Assembly: GCF_006345805.1 (NCBI RefSeq)
Contig: NC_043000.1
Location: forward strand, 104,098,001 to 104,162,000
Length of the DNA stretch: 64,000 bases
Direction of reading: 5' to 3'
Source of the DNA: Octopus sinensis
Lineage: Eukaryota
In this document: in pieces, positions 13,514 to 28,525 of the stretch
Numbering within the stretch: the first letter of the stretch is position 1
Layout: every line of letters starts with the position of its first letter
The notes under the pieces: generated by a model
The model's database searches: none
What the model saw: the letters and a program-made list of their open reading frames with translations, nothing else
Told to the model about the DNA's origin: nothing
Position numbers and translations under genes: made by a program

Positions 13514-14065
13514 GTATGTATATCCATGCAACAGGTTGTACTGTCAGTAACTAAACCGGCACCCCCACCAGGCTACCCTGCTGAGGAGGGTTGCTAGAAA
13601 CCCAGCAGAATTAAAGACAAAACCTGTTGAAATATATATATATATATATGTGTGTGTATATATATATGTATTATTATTGTTTTTCTGTATTATTTTTGTA
13701 TTTATATTCGTGTAACATCGTCCATTTTCCTTCCTTGTTTCGTATACATTCGATCCTTTTTTCAAAGAATCTAATGCTGTAAGCTTAGATTTTCCTTGGG
13801 GTTGGCCAGACTGGAGCAATCTCAAGATTAATCAGCTGAAATTGCGAGGATGATCCGGTTCTTGACTGAAGATTAAAGGCTTCGAATGACCCGTCCGTGT
13901 TTTTTGTATCGTCTTTTTGGATGTTTTGCGTTCTTGTCCCATTTTGTATTTTTTTATATATATGTATATATATATATATACACACACACACTTATATATA
14001 TATATGTGTGTGGTTATACAGATGTATGTATACATATATAGAAACATATATACTGGTATATATAT

Positions 14066-14100
<35 letters not shown>

Positions 14101-14740
14101 CATGTGTATATATGTATATATATATATATGCACATATATATATATAAATTTTGCAGAGACATAGTCATTCACTTTGTAATGACATGGTTTTGTGTCCTGT
14201 CCCACTGCACAGCTCCTTGGGCAATTGTTTTCTACTATAGCTATGTGTTGACCAATGTCTTGTGAATTAATGGAGTGAGTGGGAACTCTGTGGAAGCCTG
14301 CCATGTGCATATATGTGTCACTGTATTTATCTTTCACTACTTGACTGTGGGTGTATGTTCATTTCCCTATAGTCTCACACTTTGACAAAAAGACACTGAT
14401 AGAACAAGTACAAAACTTATTAATAAGTACTGGGTTTGATTTGATCAATTAAACTCTTCACTCATGCACACATACACAATCATACACCAAAAAGTTGTAT
14501 TTGTTTGTTAAGTGGCTTCATAGGTTGAAACTGAAACAGTCACCTTGCAGAAGAGCTTTGCTAACCATTTCTTAAAACATATATTGCTTATATTCATTTT
14601 TGTTTATTTCTTAATAGTATTGTGCTTTATAAATTGTCAAATTGTATTGCGCATCTGTGACTTGAATCCTGATGCAACACCACTACATCTCACTCTCTAT
14701 CTCGCATACATACATATGTTATTTTTTTTTTTTTTTGCAG

Positions 14741-15062
14741 AAGAGAGGATTCAGAACTGGATGGAGAAGAAGAATTCTACTATACAGAAATTGAAGTTAC
14801 AGATGACGGTAGTAGTGGTAATAGTGGTCACACAGATAATGTCATTGAATATGTTGACCCATTAGTTCCTACTGCTACTGGTAGTACTTCTCTATCTTCG
14901 ACCAAAGCCTTCTCATCAAGTAGTGCATCCACAACCACAACCACACCAGCTAACATCCCTGTGGTGACTAACACACCCATTGCAATAAATCTACCAACTT
15001 CCAAGAATGTGGTTTCATCAAAAGGGGTGTTTGGGATTCCAGACCATGACTATCAAAAGAAG
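14741..15062 (+). CDS. ZNF704-like: ZNF704/ZNF395/Glut4EF-family transcription factor, internal coding exon (third from last)
   Basis: Polypyrimidine-TTGCAG acceptor and AAG|GTAAGA donor. After 1 nt the frame reads REDSELDGEEEFYYTEIEV...GIPDHDYQKK. DGEEEFYYTEI is the conserved motif that follows the C2H2 finger in the ZNF395/ZNF704/SLC2A4RG family. Confidence 0.9.
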
Positions 15063-16506
15063 GTAAGATCAAGTCAAGAGATTAGTTAAAGCTACATTTT
15101 TTTCAGGTACAAGTTTTGTTTGAATATTTTTTATATATATATGTGTCATTTTTAATATTCCAGGGGATGACACATTACAAAAAATCTATGTCCAGTTACT
15201 TAAAATAAAGTACTGAAATATATGTCTGAGAGTGAATAAAATAAGATATTCTTTATTTTATCATTGTTATTACATCACAGAATACTTATTTTTGATTGAA
15301 GATTTTTCACTGTTGTTTCATCTTAGTCTTATCTTTTGAACCTTCTGTGAGCAATAGACTTAGTACTTGTCAAGTCCTACATCAACTCTGGTTGAGCTGA
15401 ACTATAATTAAAGGTATTAAATCCAATATCCTGCCTTTTTTGTACTATGTAGGACTCCATTGAATATTACTTTTCCTTATTTAAGATAATACATTTGGAT
15501 TTGAAGAAGATTTTGCTGCTATTTGTATGAGACTGAGTAACAACATATAAGCTCCCTTGTTGGCATGCACTACCTCCCTCAGAGATGGTCAGCATGTCTG
15601 CACATACCTATGATGCAGAATTTGTCTATTAAATACTTAGAAACAACCAATAATCTTGCACATGTTGTGTGCTCCTATTCCAGTCTCGTTTGGGATTATG
15701 CAACAGATTCTGCTACATTCTGCAAGCAATGGTTTGTTGTATAGCAGCAGAGGTGCTCCAGTTTCATTATTGCTCTCATTTGCCATCCAGTTTCTTCTTT
15801 TATAAATTAAGACAGTGGTGGTGGGGTGATAATTAATTTTATAACATATTGAGTTATTGAGATATTTTGTAAACCCAGTCTTTTGCATGTCTTTTCTGGA
15901 CACACAAAATGAGTTGAATTTGTGTTGTCAGCTGACAAAAACTTGATCAATCTTCAGTAATTCTGTTGTTTACAGCAATGAACTATATCAAATAGATATA
16001 GTTAAGTATCATGGCCTTGGAACCAATTTGGATGGACAGGCAGGAAAAGTGTTAACATGTAACATGATTATAAGTATTCTCAAGTAGGCACTATAGAGCA
16101 ATATTTAAGCTGGACACCAACTGCTTTGATCTCACCATGTAGTGTCTATAATCTCTGAAATGATTATAGGCAACACATTTCTTTTGCTTAACTTATTTTA
16201 ACTTATTAAAAAAAATCCATTCATATACTGCAGCAGAACTAAGGCTAGTTTGAACTGAATTGATGTTTACAAAAATTCCAAGTTTATATGCACATTATAT
16301 ACATTACAAATAATCCTAGCAAAGACATGAAATATTTATGCCCTTCATTTTACTGCACATCAGTTTTCTCTATCTGTATTATAGCTGATTATTTAATATT
16401 TGGAAGGTCATCCCTTCATATGACAAATGCCAATAAACTCTTCTTACAATTCCAGTTGCTTTTATTTTTGCTGTTGTTATTGTTGTTGATTTCATATTTA
16501 ATCCAG

Positions 16507-16668
16507 GAACATCAATACTTGAGCCAATCTCTTGATTCTTCTGTAAGTGGTTCAGGCAATTATTTAAAAGAAGGTCCATCAACCCCAATACCCATCAATA
16601 TGCCACAGATCAAGAAGTCACTTTCCTGGCAAAACCGTGTCAACATGACAACATCTCCTGGACAGTCT
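16507..16668 (+). CDS. ZNF704-like: ZNF704/ZNF395-family, penultimate coding exon
   Basis: ATCCAG acceptor, TCT|GTACGT donor, 162 nt, phase 0/0 matching both neighbours. Reads EHQYLSQSLDSS...PQIKKSLSWQNRVNMTTSPGQS. Confidence 0.8.
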
Positions 16669-17479
16669 GTACGTAAAATGCTTTATAAATTTTGCTTTAT
16701 TTTTTAATTTATCAAATTATTTTAAATGTTAAAAAGAAGTACAATACTCCTGAGAACATTCTCTGGTTCTGAGCAGATATAAAAGCCTTATATAAATAAA
16801 AAATATCCATGTTTATATTTTCAATATGAATATTGTGTCCTCCAGCATGGCCATAACCCAATGACTCAAGCTAGTAAAAAAAACAGTATTGTTAGATTAG
16901 TTTGCTTTTTATTATTTTACAGCTAATATAACAAATCAAATTGATGTAGACACCTCTGATGGGAATCCAGTAAGATTATAAAATCGATTAAGGTTGCTTA
17001 TATTCTTAAGGCGGTGCTCCAGCATGGCTGCAGTCATGTGACTGAAACAAATAAAAGAATAAAAGAATAATCACAACTGTAATTCACACTTGATTAGTTA
17101 TTTAGCTGCAAGCAAGCATTTTCATCTGATCAGTTCCATGCAGATCACCCGTAAACTGATTACATGTTAGTGTAGGATTTTTGAAATGTGCTTTTCAATC
17201 TGTCTGCAAACATTATGCTAGAGTCACATACATGCATATAATACATACATATGCGCATGTGTGTATATACATGCACGCATACATATACATACATACATAC
17301 ATACATATATACATACATACATATGTACGTATGAACATATGCATGCAGGCAAGGGGTGTTCAGGCTAAATTTGACAGTTTGCATAAAAGAAAAAGAAAGC
17401 ACAGTATCCCATCAAAAAAAAAAAGAAAGTATTTTAAAATATGGAAAAATATCAACTAGATTATTGCTGTGGGTTAATA

Positions 17480-17860
17480 GTTTACTGAAAGTAGCTGCCT
17501 TCATCTTCCTCCATAGCCTCAAGATAGCTCCAAAAACTGATGAATGCATTCCTCTCTGTGTCTCTAGTAAGATCTTCGAACACCTCTTTGATCTTGACTA
17601 CTAACTCAGACTTGTTGTTACAGGCAGAGCAGTTGGTGTCTTTCTTAACCTGCCCTGCACATTGTAATTCATGGATTACAGTTGGGGTAATTAAGAATCC
17701 AGAAAATGAGGCTGGTGAAGTTGTAGAAATTCTCCAACAACCTTTTCTGACTCTTTCCAGAGGTATGGCAGGAGCTGAATCCTGATGCCACACATATGCC
17801 CTTCTATTAGTAACCCTCCCCAAACAGGTTTTGACTACAGTCTTCAGCAACTTCACAAAG
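17480..17860 (-). mobile_element. Tc1/mariner-superfamily transposase remnant
   Basis: ORF 17482-17856(-) reads YVWHQDSAPA...VKKDTNCSACNNKSELVVKIKEVFEDL...EGSYFQ. Same family on + at 50510-50870. Confidence 0.75.
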
Positions 17861-18251
17861 CTGTCTCATTTGAGCCTGAGGCCCTTTCAAAGATGTAGAG
17901 TGACATGATATCACCCTCACTAGAAAGACACCCAAAATCCATCAAAGTTTGGGGGAACTTATTTTACATGGTGTCCACATCATATCTTACATCCTTTACA
18001 GTGTTCACAGGCCATTGAGCTGCAATCATGATGTTAGCATTCTGATACCAATGCAAATCATCATGATACTGGTAACACTTTTTCTAATATTCAGATTGCT
18101 TCCAGTCTTCAACATCAGCTTTTTCTCAATTACAACTTTAATCTTTATGCTTTCCAACACCATTGACTATTCACCAATACATCATGTGTAGCCTGAACGT
18201 TCTGTGTATATATGTATACCCTATCTCATTTGTTTTGTTTCTTACTTGTAG

Positions 18252-18482
18252 GCATCTGCTCCAATTCGTATGAGCAAACCAAGTCCACAGGAGAGATTGC
18301 ATCAGCATCAAAGTCAGTCACCAAAATGTCATATGCTAACATCACCACAGAAATGTACAGTGACACATAAGAAATCTCGTAGTGAAGTGCGCAAGTGTCG
18401 CAAGGTTTACGGTATGGAAAACAGAGACATGTGGTGCACTCAGTGTAAATGGAAAAAAGCATGTTCGCGCTTTGTGGACTAA
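18252..18482 (+). CDS. ZNF704-like: ZNF704/ZNF395-family, terminal coding exon with C-clamp (CR3) domain
   Basis: TTGTAG acceptor, phase 0. Reads [13 protein letters not shown]...[37 protein letters not shown], a basic stretch plus four-Cys C-clamp typical of ZNF395/ZNF704/SLC2A4RG and TCF E-tails. Confidence 0.95.
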   Translation, partial: ASAPIRMSKPSPQERLHQHQSQSPKCHMLTSPQKCTVTHKKSRSEVRKCRKVYGMENRDMWCTQCKWKKACSRFVD

Positions 18483-18608
18483 TTACAGGCAAATACGAAC
18501 CAGAAAATTCCCCCGTTCCCCATTTGATTTTGGGTTGTTGTTTTTGTCTCTTTTTTTACATTCTTTTCACATATTTTATTTTCATCTGAGTTTGATCTTA
18601 AAAGAATG

Positions 18609-19087
<479 letters not shown>

Positions 19088-19351
19088 AATTGTACAATAA
19101 GAATTTTTCATATTTACCCTCCGAAGGTTTGGGTGGGTGGGTTTTTATAGTATTTATCTCAATAATAATAATAATAATAATTATTATTATTATTATTATT
19201 ATTGTTTGTTAAAATTATTATTCTTTGTTGTTTTTTTTTTACACCATTGACTCATTTCACTGGTCTTTTGTATTTAGTTTTTTTTTTTTTGATGATTGAC
19301 AAATGGAGGCAATACCTGGGAAATGTACTCTCATATATCTATACACACAAC

Positions 19352-19423
<72 letters not shown>

Positions 19424-19593
19424 AAGGAAATGTTATTAAAGCCCCTTGCCATAAAATAACTTTGAGTTTATAACTCCCAAAATTATTTTAAATTATTTTA
19501 AAGCAAGACTAGAAACAGATGTTTTATATAAAATTAATTTATATGCTCTATGGTATGTTATATAATTTTTCTTTATATATATATACATATATT

Positions 19594-19638
<45 letters not shown>

Positions 19639-19725
19639 TTACATAAAAATGTATATGCATGCATGTATGTATATAAATATTGTATGTACATGAAAAAGGT
19701 ATATATATTTATATACACATATTAT

Positions 19726-19764
<39 letters not shown>

Positions 19765-22700
19765 CATATATATGTGTGTGTATGATATGAATATGTGTAT
19801 GTGTGTATATGCATACATATATGAGTGCATGTACATTAATGTATGTCCTTGTGATGTTGTATGTGTGTGCATGCATGTATGCATGATCAGATATATGTAA
19901 ATTCATCAGTAAATATAACTCAACTTATTCTGGTTATCAGATTGAATATTTTTGTGATCTTCATAAGGTAAAGCATACATCTTAGATTTTATTCTTCATT
20001 ATAAGTAAAAATTTGAAAATTTTGCTTTGTTATAAGCAAATGGTGGTAACATTCATATAGAACTGTGCAAGAATATAAAGAAGAGGAAAAAAGCAGAAGC
20101 CATAATAAAAAAAATCAAAATAAAACATATATTAATAGATAAATGCATTAAAAAATTAACAGTATAAAGAATATTAAAGTTAAAAATAAATAAAAATGTT
20201 AAATATCTTTAGTTTGATAATGAAAATAATATTTTGAAATCGAAAAAATAAGAAAATTAAAACAAAAAAAAATAATGTTTTATTCAAAATAAAATGTTTT
20301 AAGATTTATCATTTAAAAAATAAAATGAAATTTATTTATTTATCTATTTATTGTGAAACGGGGTGATAAATAATTATTGCGAATATATTACAAAGATTGT
20401 GTGATTTATAAAGTGAAAAACTATTATAATTAGTGTTATTCACATTTAACACTGCCTTTTTATGATTACTGTAACTATCATTATCATTGTATACTATTAT
20501 TATCAACATTATTATTTTTATTACCATTATTATTACTATTATCATCTTATGTTTTTTTTAACAGTAAAACCAGAGGTTCATTAATAGGTTTCTGAAGGTC
20601 TTTCAACTGGAATCCATCAACATTTTTACAAGAAATTATCATTAAAACTGTGAAAGGAATATCGAAAGGATATCATGCGGCAATGTTATAGCTTTCGTAT
20701 TTTAATATTCTATTATTAAAACTGACGTTTGTAGTGCTTTAGAATGAATAGCATCATCAAGTAAAGTTTTAGTTAAGTAGATACTAAATCTCAACAAGTG
20801 TTGCTGATATGGTATTTAGTGTGTAATTTGGTAAACAGGAGAGCTCTCACAAATATTTAAACTAAAAACATCTATGTATATCAAGGATTTCTTTTATAGG
20901 ATCATGAATAATCATTAAATAGTTATTTCATGTAGTTATTACATATCAAATTTTTGTGGGTTAACTACTTCTAGCTAACAATATATTCTGAATATTCAGT
21001 AATATATTATAAGATTATTAAGTTATTCAGATTTTTCTCATATCCTCCTTTCTTCTTACTGTTATTCATCAATATGTAGGGAACAATCATATCAGCCTGA
21101 AGAATATTTCCATCATTCTAGTTACTAGACCTCTCATGTTAAATGTATCTGTTTGGGTGTATATTTCAAGATATTCACTGTTATAGAACCATACAGTAGG
21201 TAACATTGAGTGGAGTGAAGGTTCTATTGTACTTTATCCAGAGTGGATAAACTTTGGGAAATCCTGGTTCTTTGTTTGTTTTGTGTCCTACTTAAACCTT
21301 TGAGTTATGTACTCCTGGGCAATACATTTAACTCTAGTTTCATCTCCGGTTTAGAAATGCTTTCATACATCAAAGTTTACTTGAGATTTTCAACTTGACA
21401 GTGACATGTTCTTCCAAATATCAACTATTATACATATTTTTTGTGATCAGCATTACTGAAACTATTGAATTTCTTTTCTTCATGATACTCCAACATTCTA
21501 TTTTATACACTTTCCCTGGAGTACATAGAAAGTTGTTTTGTATATGTGCATGTTTGTGAGTGCAAGTATGTATGTTTCTTTTCCCTTTTCACTTATCAAT
21601 TATATAGGGCTGCTGTGGCTTAAAATAATACATATATCTACTTGAGATGCAAATTTAAACTTCTCATTCTCTTCATGTGCCATACTTACAAGCAGTGGCG
21701 ATCATGAACCTACATGACAAAGCCTGAGGATTCGTGAATTTTCTTGTTCTAGATACTTCAGCAATTTCCCATTACCTTTTTTTTTTTGCCAGTTTACTCT
21801 GCTAGTTCCCCTACAGGCAGGGTGGGGGCTGGTACATGTGACATCAGGGCTTGTCCACACACCTGTGGGTCTATGTGACACATGTCTAGGGGCCAGCCCT
21901 CCTCAAAGTCTTGTATACTTTATCCACAAGGCCATCTGCTATTTGACCCATAACTAAGTTTCTTGGTAAGTACTATCACACAGAGAAGTGGTGACTAAAT
22001 GGCAACTCTACACTCTCCAAAACTCCTGAGCTGGATCCTCACCACTAGATGTTGTTTAATATCTTGCTCAGGGCAGTTAAGGGATTTAAATGTTAACATT
22101 GTAAGTTGAATGGCAACTGTTTTCTATAGAAACACTACATTACAAATGACAAGATGTGAACCATTGATTTTTTGGCTGCTGATGAACATCAAACTGAGGT
22201 AACTTTGTGACTCAATATTACATCATTTTAAAATGTGTTATCCCTACAAGATCAATTTTGCCCTTCATACTTCAACAATCAATAAAACAAATATCAGTCA
22301 AGTACTGATGTAATCTAATTAACTGTACTTAGTCTTCTCCCAAAATGTATGGCCTTCTATCCATATTAGAAAACATTGTTGTTGTAATTATTATTATTGG
22401 TTGTGTGGTGCATAGAGTGTTAGATAAAATGCTTTGTTGTATATAGTTTATGTCTCTTTACATTTTAATTTCTGAGTTCAAATTAGAAAATAAAACATTA
22501 ATCAAATACTAAGGTCAATTTATATTACTTTAGCCCATCCTCTCTCCTTTGTGATAGCCTTATACCTTTGTTAAAAACCAGTATAAAATACCACAAATAA
22601 AAAGTAACTGATTTTAGCTGTAGTAATTGATTAGTAATTCATAGCAATTGATTTATAGATTTACCTATGCTATATTCAGGCATGTAAGTAATATAATTGG

Positions 22701-25700
22701 TAGCACTCACAGAATTCAGTTATGGCTGATGGTTTATTTTTTGTTTTTTTCTTTTACAAAATATTGCATTATGCTAGTTTTCTGGAACTAAATAAAAAAC
22801 CAAAGCAACTTAACAAGAGCTAAACAAAAACTTTACATGAACTGAATTCAATCAAACATCTATTTGTATAGTCAGTTAGGACATTGTCATGGTAATTGTT
22901 GTGTGATCCCATCAGCCTTGCTTAAGCAGCAACTTAATTGAGATTATATAGTCTTTGTTAACCTCATTTTTAGATCATATATTTAAAGTATCTATACTAA
23001 GTTTCAGTTGATTTGAGTTGCCATCAGATAGTAATGGCTTTTTTGAATAGCATAAATACAGATAGTAATGTCTTTATGAATTAAATCAATGATGTATGTG
23101 CATAGTAGATAAGGCCATTATTATACTAGATTTTAAAATAAAGGTTCCTAGATTCCATCCTATCTGGGATCAGACCCTCTACTTTATGTTGTAATGAGAC
23201 GTCTGATTATGATCAAAGATCAAATCTGTTGAAACATATTGATATAAATGTTGTAATAGATTCACTCAGATGGGATTAATAGTTTTAGAACATAGTCTTG
23301 TTGCCATTTCATCAGATCAATGACATTGAAATAGCTATTTGAACAAACTAGTCCATATATCTACATTATAGCCATGATGTTTTAGATTTCAGAATTTAAA
23401 AGAAGTGATCACTAATATTTCTAATGGTGTCAAGGAGTTTATTGAGGAGGATTTGGTTGAATGCATTGAACAAATGAAGGACTTCTATTGTTTTTTGAGA
23501 GAAGATTGTTTTAAACTGTAAAATGTAATTTAGTGGATCAGGTTCCAAGCTAGAATATATAGTCTATATTTCATTGCATGAATTATATTCCATTACAATC
23601 ATGTATGTTGGAGATTATTCACTTTTATTTACTCAAGTATTTCTTCCATAATTGAAATTAACTCACCATTTACACCTCAGTTTGGATAACCATGGATATA
23701 CCACTTGTTCTGATGTATTCTATGTTATTCTCCTACTTCATGATGTCACACTGATGGTTAATATCTTTTAAACTTACTGATATCTATATCTTAATAGTAC
23801 TTATTTTTAACTTCCTCTGAAATGTGGAGAAGGAACTATTAACTGGGTAGTAGAAGTGAAACATGTGGTCAAACTATCATTAAGCCATACTCTTATTTAT
23901 TTCTGAATTTCTTTTTTCATATCCTAACCTAATATGTAGATAACAACTAATATTCTTTACATAAATAAATATTATATATATATATATATATATATAGCAT
24001 ATTTATTGTAATTATTAAACCTAGGTCATAGCAGAATATTGTTTTCCCTAGATATGTGTATGTGCATGTGTATGTTGGGAAACAGTTGGTGACTTACACC
24101 ATTGTTATTCATAGTTTCACGTAAAGTATACATTTAATTGGTTAGATAATCGGTAGTGATTAGAGTCATGTCTGCAAAGTATGCAAAGTACTAAATTGAC
24201 CAATTCTCTGTGGTCAAAGCTGATGATAATGTTCAGGTTGAAGATGACTAAACTATTGTGTTGTAATGGGAAGCTGCTGAGTAGTTATCAAGCCTGTGAT
24301 CATCAAAGGTAACTACTTTGTGAAACTTATCAAATCCAATTTGAATTAGTGATCCTGGAGTTTTCAGACATTTTGAAGCTGTCCTGTAGGAATGTTGGTG
24401 ATGACAGTTGGATAATATCTTTGACCTTCATTGACTACTTTAATTTCTGAAACTTTTCTCATAACGAAAACTTGCAGTTTCATGATCCACCTATGTTTGA
24501 GGGTTTATTGATTTGATGTATAAAGTAGTTTTGTTGATCCATTGAAGTATGAAGTAGCTTTATTGATCTATTGTTTGAAGGCTCTTGGATCCTCAGTCAT
24601 TGAGTCTCCATATGAATTGGACAGGGATTTGGAGTTTTCTATATTCCTGTTCTGAATGTGTGAAGATCCTGTTAGCAACAAAACTTGAAAGTGTTCACAG
24701 TGTGTCTCATGTAAAATTTTTTTCAGTATTGTTTGGGATATTAGGAATTCTTAAGATGCAATTGCTTTGGAGAGAGAGAATCCCCAAGTATTCAGCTAGA
24801 GAGATTTCAATAGTTACACGTTGCCTTTTGAAATGAAGGATTTTTTTTTTTTGGTAAGTTTAGTTGCAACATGTTATGTAGGAAGCAGTGTGGTGTGTGT
24901 ATCTGTCACCTTTTTGTTCCACTCTGGTTTCATCTACGCCACAAATTGTTGACTTCTACTTAACACCAATTTTATATAAATATTAAATGCATACTATGTA
25001 ACCAGATGTTACTAAAGTCTTTCCCGTTAGCAGAAAATATATGTAGATAGATACAAATAAATACCAAACAAAAGCACAATTGTAAAATTTATTGTTATTG
25101 TTTTCATCATCATCAACATCATCACCACCACCAGAGAATCTTTCATTTAAAGGAAGTTTAAAAATTACATTCTCAAGGAAATAGGGCAGTAATATCATAT
25201 TTGACAACGATTCATAGGCAAAACATTAACTCCTCAAGTGGCGGGGTATTCTCCTTTTTAAAAAATGATTTTTTTTATTCATCCTCAATTCTTTGGCATT
25301 GAGAAGGATTTGCTGAAACGTCTGTCTCCATGAGTTTAATTAATTCACTATTCTTGACGTTTTATTGTTATTTGTTTTCAATCTTTCATAAAGTTTTAGG
25401 CAGGCTGTTGAAAAAAATTATTGTTTCTGTCATTTTAACTGTTTACTCTTCCTTACTAATTTAGATCATCATATTTGGGTACAACTAATTCCAAAGTGTT
25501 CAAGATACAATAATAAGACATAATTATTAATGATAGCAATAATGATCTCTTTTGATTTGCCACAATGACTACAGATGAGGGAGGTATTTTATAGACAGGT
25601 TTATATGTTTGTGTCTCTGTCTTGACATTGTGTGATAGCAGCACTGTTTCAGCAGATGTATTTTATTACTTTCTAGAAACTTATAAAATCAAATGGAAAT

Positions 25701-28169
25701 TATCTTTTTTTCTAAAATTAATTCTGAGAGGAATTGCTTTACAGAAGTAATAGCCATAGTAGCTATTATATAATTCTTGGTTTTTTTTGTTGGGGTGGGG
25801 GGTGTCTTCCTCCAGTTATAATTTTTGAAAAGTATTATTCCTGTTGTTTCTTGTTGTTATTGTTGTTGCTTTCTATCATGGGATTTTGTGGGTGTTTTGG
25901 GGTCTCTTTGTTTCATATTTCACTACACTGAATCAGTTTTCCATTGAGTATAAAGTAAATTTTCTATTTCATTTTTATTTCTTGATAGATATAAGAAATA
26001 TGGATATACCAATGAAGCATATTGAAGACACTGATTTATAACTGACTACAATGTTAACTATATGATTTCGTAATTAAGAGAAAAAAGAAAATTGCAATTT
26101 AGCATTTGGATTATTTTTTTAAGCTCAAAATTCAATATAGTTCATAAATTTGTATTAGATCTTTGAAAATATTCATTTGCTAGTTGTTTCTTTACTGTTA
26201 CATAAAATTGTTGAACTATCTCACCCCCATTCTTCACCACATTTATCCAATCTTTGCAGTATGTTCTCTAGTTCATTAATTCCACTGATATTTACTAAAA
26301 TTGCTACATTTTGCAATAGCTTTCTGTATATCTTACTCAATGTTGATATACTGCAGAAAGCCTCAAAACTGCAGTATTCATCTTGAGAAAGCATCTTGTA
26401 TAGATGTAGAAGCTGGAAAGCACAGAATCAGTACCAGATGAAAAGCATCCAGCAGCAGCAGTAGAGTTGCTAAATCTGGATTTTTGCATCTTTGCATGTC
26501 ATCAGTAGCAGGTATACGCTGACAACAAACATGCTTAGACAAATTTAGCCTCTACTTATGTAGAAAAACCGTGATTAACAAATCACTAGAGTTACAAATT
26601 GCTGGCAGGCTTAGTGACAGAGGCAGTATTAGTTTAGAATAGCATTCTATGTATCTTACTTAATGTAGATATACTGTAAGAAAGCTACAATATTGCAGTA
26701 TTCATTTAAAGAAGGCTTCTCATTTTGACATTTAGCGCTGAAAAGAATGCTATTCTGAACCATACTGCTTCTGTCACTAATAGCAAATAATTTTTCACAT
26801 TTATGTGATATTCAACCAAGTGTTCACTCAGTTTTTCTATTCAGTTTCAAGTATTTCTATCTAGCAAACAAAAGAAGTTCTTGTTTCATTTCGAAAATTG
26901 TTAAAAATTATAAGTATTCCATCATAATCATCACACTGTTGATGATGTATACATGTAGTGATACATTATTCTAACATGATAGCAGCTGCAACAGGATAGT
27001 TTTCAATAAAATATTTAAAATTCTCCAGTGTGAAGTCCTCGCCAATCCTCGCATCAATCATCAGAACTGAGTATATGGCCAAAGACCGATCAAATTGTTT
27101 ATTACATGGTTCATTTCAAAGTTACCTTCAGGAATATTCTTAGCTATTGTTTTACAACATTTGTTCGTTTGTTGATTTCTTTTTGATACAATGAAAATGT
27201 AGTTAAGTTGGATATTTCAGGGTATTAGTGGAGTGGAGTATGATGATCATTGGTATTTAAGGGACACATTTCAGCAACAAGATACAAATCATCGATACTT
27301 CAATCAGCATCCTACAGACTTGGCCAGCTGTTGCACTCAAAGATGTTTCAAGATAAATATTTATCATTTTTTTTGTAAACAATTATTTATGTTCACTAGA
27401 ATTTATTTGTAGAACATGAGCTAATTTTGGTGATGTTTCAACAACCTTGTGAACCAGTCTATATTTTGAAAATAGGAAATTTATGCAATAATTCTTTTAG
27501 AATGTTTTTAAAATTTCTTTTAATCATTAAAAAAAATTTTAATGAAGAAATCTGTATTCTCAGTGGAATTCATTTTTGTATGAAATATTTTGTTGTTTTC
27601 AATCAAATCAAGCCATTACTCTCCTACTATTGGGTGAAGGACTTTATCTTTTCTTTCTATAATTTTCGACTTTGAGGTTCTTAATCTCCAACTTTTTATC
27701 AAATCAATTCAGTTCATCCCTCCATCTTGTCATATTTTGTTTGTTTTTACAGACTCTTAGAATTCACTCTATCAGGTTTTTACATTATTTATTGTCACTC
27801 ATCCTGCAGGCATGTCCAGCCCAAATCCCATTTCAATAATTTTATGAATTTGACAATGATACTAGTTTTGATTTTCTTAAAATTTATTTCATTGTTTTAT
27901 ATTCTCCAAGCATTATGTATTTGTGACTGTGTTGTTCTTAGCTTTCTTGTCAAGTCTTTTGTTAAGTTCCATGTTTCTGCACTATAAGAATTTTTTCTCA
28001 GTAGTCAAGGAATCAATTTATTAATGTCCATTCCTGTTTAAAGGAACTCAGCTGAGAATCATTTGTTTTACATCTTCATTCTTGTTAACTGGCTAAGTCA
28101 GTATGCCATGCCCCAGGTATCATTTCTAAACTATCATCTCAATAAACTTTGCTGGTGATGTGTCTTTTA

Positions 28170-28525
28170 TTCTTTTCCTAGTTTCTGTCATTGAACTGTG
28201 GACATGCTAGGGCACTGCCTTCAAGAACTTTAGTTTTTATTTCAGTCTGGTACTTATTTATCAATCTCTATTTCTCTAATGGCTAAGTTGGATTTTGATG
28301 TAAAGGGACATAAGTCAATACATCATTTTTACACCAGTTAACACAGATACACAAGCATTTGGAATGGGCTTCTGCATAGCTTTTGTCTACCAAATTTTAC
28401 TCACAAAGCATTGGTCCACTTGTAGCTATAATAGAGGACACTTGCCCAAGCTGCTATACAGTGGGATCAAACCCAGAACCATGTAGTTGTGAAGCAAACT
28501 TCTTAACCACACAGCCATTCTTGAA
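28170..28525 (-). mobile_element. SINE family A, CpG-decayed copy
   Basis: Reverse complement resembles 46722-47120 with CpG to TpG/CpA changes. Confidence 0.7.

Noticed and set aside
13850-13900. CTGAAGA...CGAA hammerhead-like motif
   Set aside because: No stem II pairing and no GAAA.
13049-14147. Many YI/IY/HT-repeat ORFs (also 18479-19212, 36177-36688, 37726-38494, 53190-53503, 62325-62844)
   Set aside because: Translations of (TA)n, (CA)n and (TATG)n microsatellites.
1-14740. Upstream C2H2-finger exon of the ZNF704-like gene
   Set aside because: Searched by eye and not found; the Cys-rich stretches at 8590-8730 and 11990-12040 belong to LINE remnants.
23050-24850. Possible ancient retroelement remnants on the minus strand (also about 60160-60360)
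   Set aside because: Only vague motif resemblance in stop-riddled frames; cannot be supported without a search.
25285-25330. Hammerhead at GGCA-TTGAGAA-GG...CT-GAAACGTC-TGTC
   Set aside because: Stem I is plausible but the core is corrupted at two positions and stem II is 2 bp; at best a fossil.
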